Assembly: GCA_002104895.1 (NCBI GenBank)
Contig: MCFG01000042.1
Location: 1-64,000 of the forward strand
Reading direction: 5' to 3'
DNA: 64,000 nucleotides
From: Anaeromyces robustus
Lineage: Eukaryota
Shown in pieces: positions 63,769 through 64,000 of the stretch. The stretch's first letter is position 1. Every line of letters begins with the position of its first letter. Below the pieces are notes generated by a model. That model was not told where the DNA came from. It worked only from the letters and a program-made list of their open reading frames with translations, and searched no databases. The translations under genes and the position numbers were made by a program.

Positions 63769-64000
63769 AAAAAATAAAATATAATAATATAATTTAATAA
63801 AATTGGACTGGACTGAATTAATCTATTCGTTTTTCTTTTTTCTTTTTTCTTTTCTTTTTTTTTTTATATTTTAGAACAAAAATTGAAAGTATATAAAATG
63901 TTTTTCAATTTTGTTCTTTTAACTATTTAATTAACATTAGTTTTTTTTTAAAAAATTTTTTTAAACTAAAATATAACTAAATAAATGATTATTATTATTA

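Overview
This is extremely AT-rich eukaryotic DNA with GT-AG introns and long (TTTA)n/(TTA)n/poly-A microsatellites. Composition and gene content point to an anaerobic gut fungus (Neocallimastigomycota); this is inferred, not database-checked. Most entries in the ORF track are microsatellite artefacts, so I spliced the real genes by hand and checked exon phases. Genes found: DMC1 (-), a frameshifted intronless bacterial-type sugar O-acetyltransferase (+), LeuA-type 2-isopropylmalate synthase (+), a solute-binding-protein (SBP)-7TM receptor (-), a probable decayed ankyrin gene (-), a prion-like-domain/2xEF-hand protein (+), a 23-exon ~1339-aa receptor (-), PIP5K/MSS4 (-), a long-chain acyl-CoA synthetase (-) and LIS1/PAC1 (+). 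The standout is the 23-exon receptor at 27544-34645. It reads signal peptide, then a degenerate GH10 (xylanase-like) barrel lacking both catalytic glutamates, a KR site, a bacterial-type sugar SBP with an inserted domain, a Cys-rich linker and a class C GPCR 7TM. It is a candidate pseudo-xylanase-tipped carbohydrate-sensing GPCR. Also notable are an intact meiotic recombinase in a lineage with no observed sex and at least eight unrelated intergenic palindromes or hairpins.
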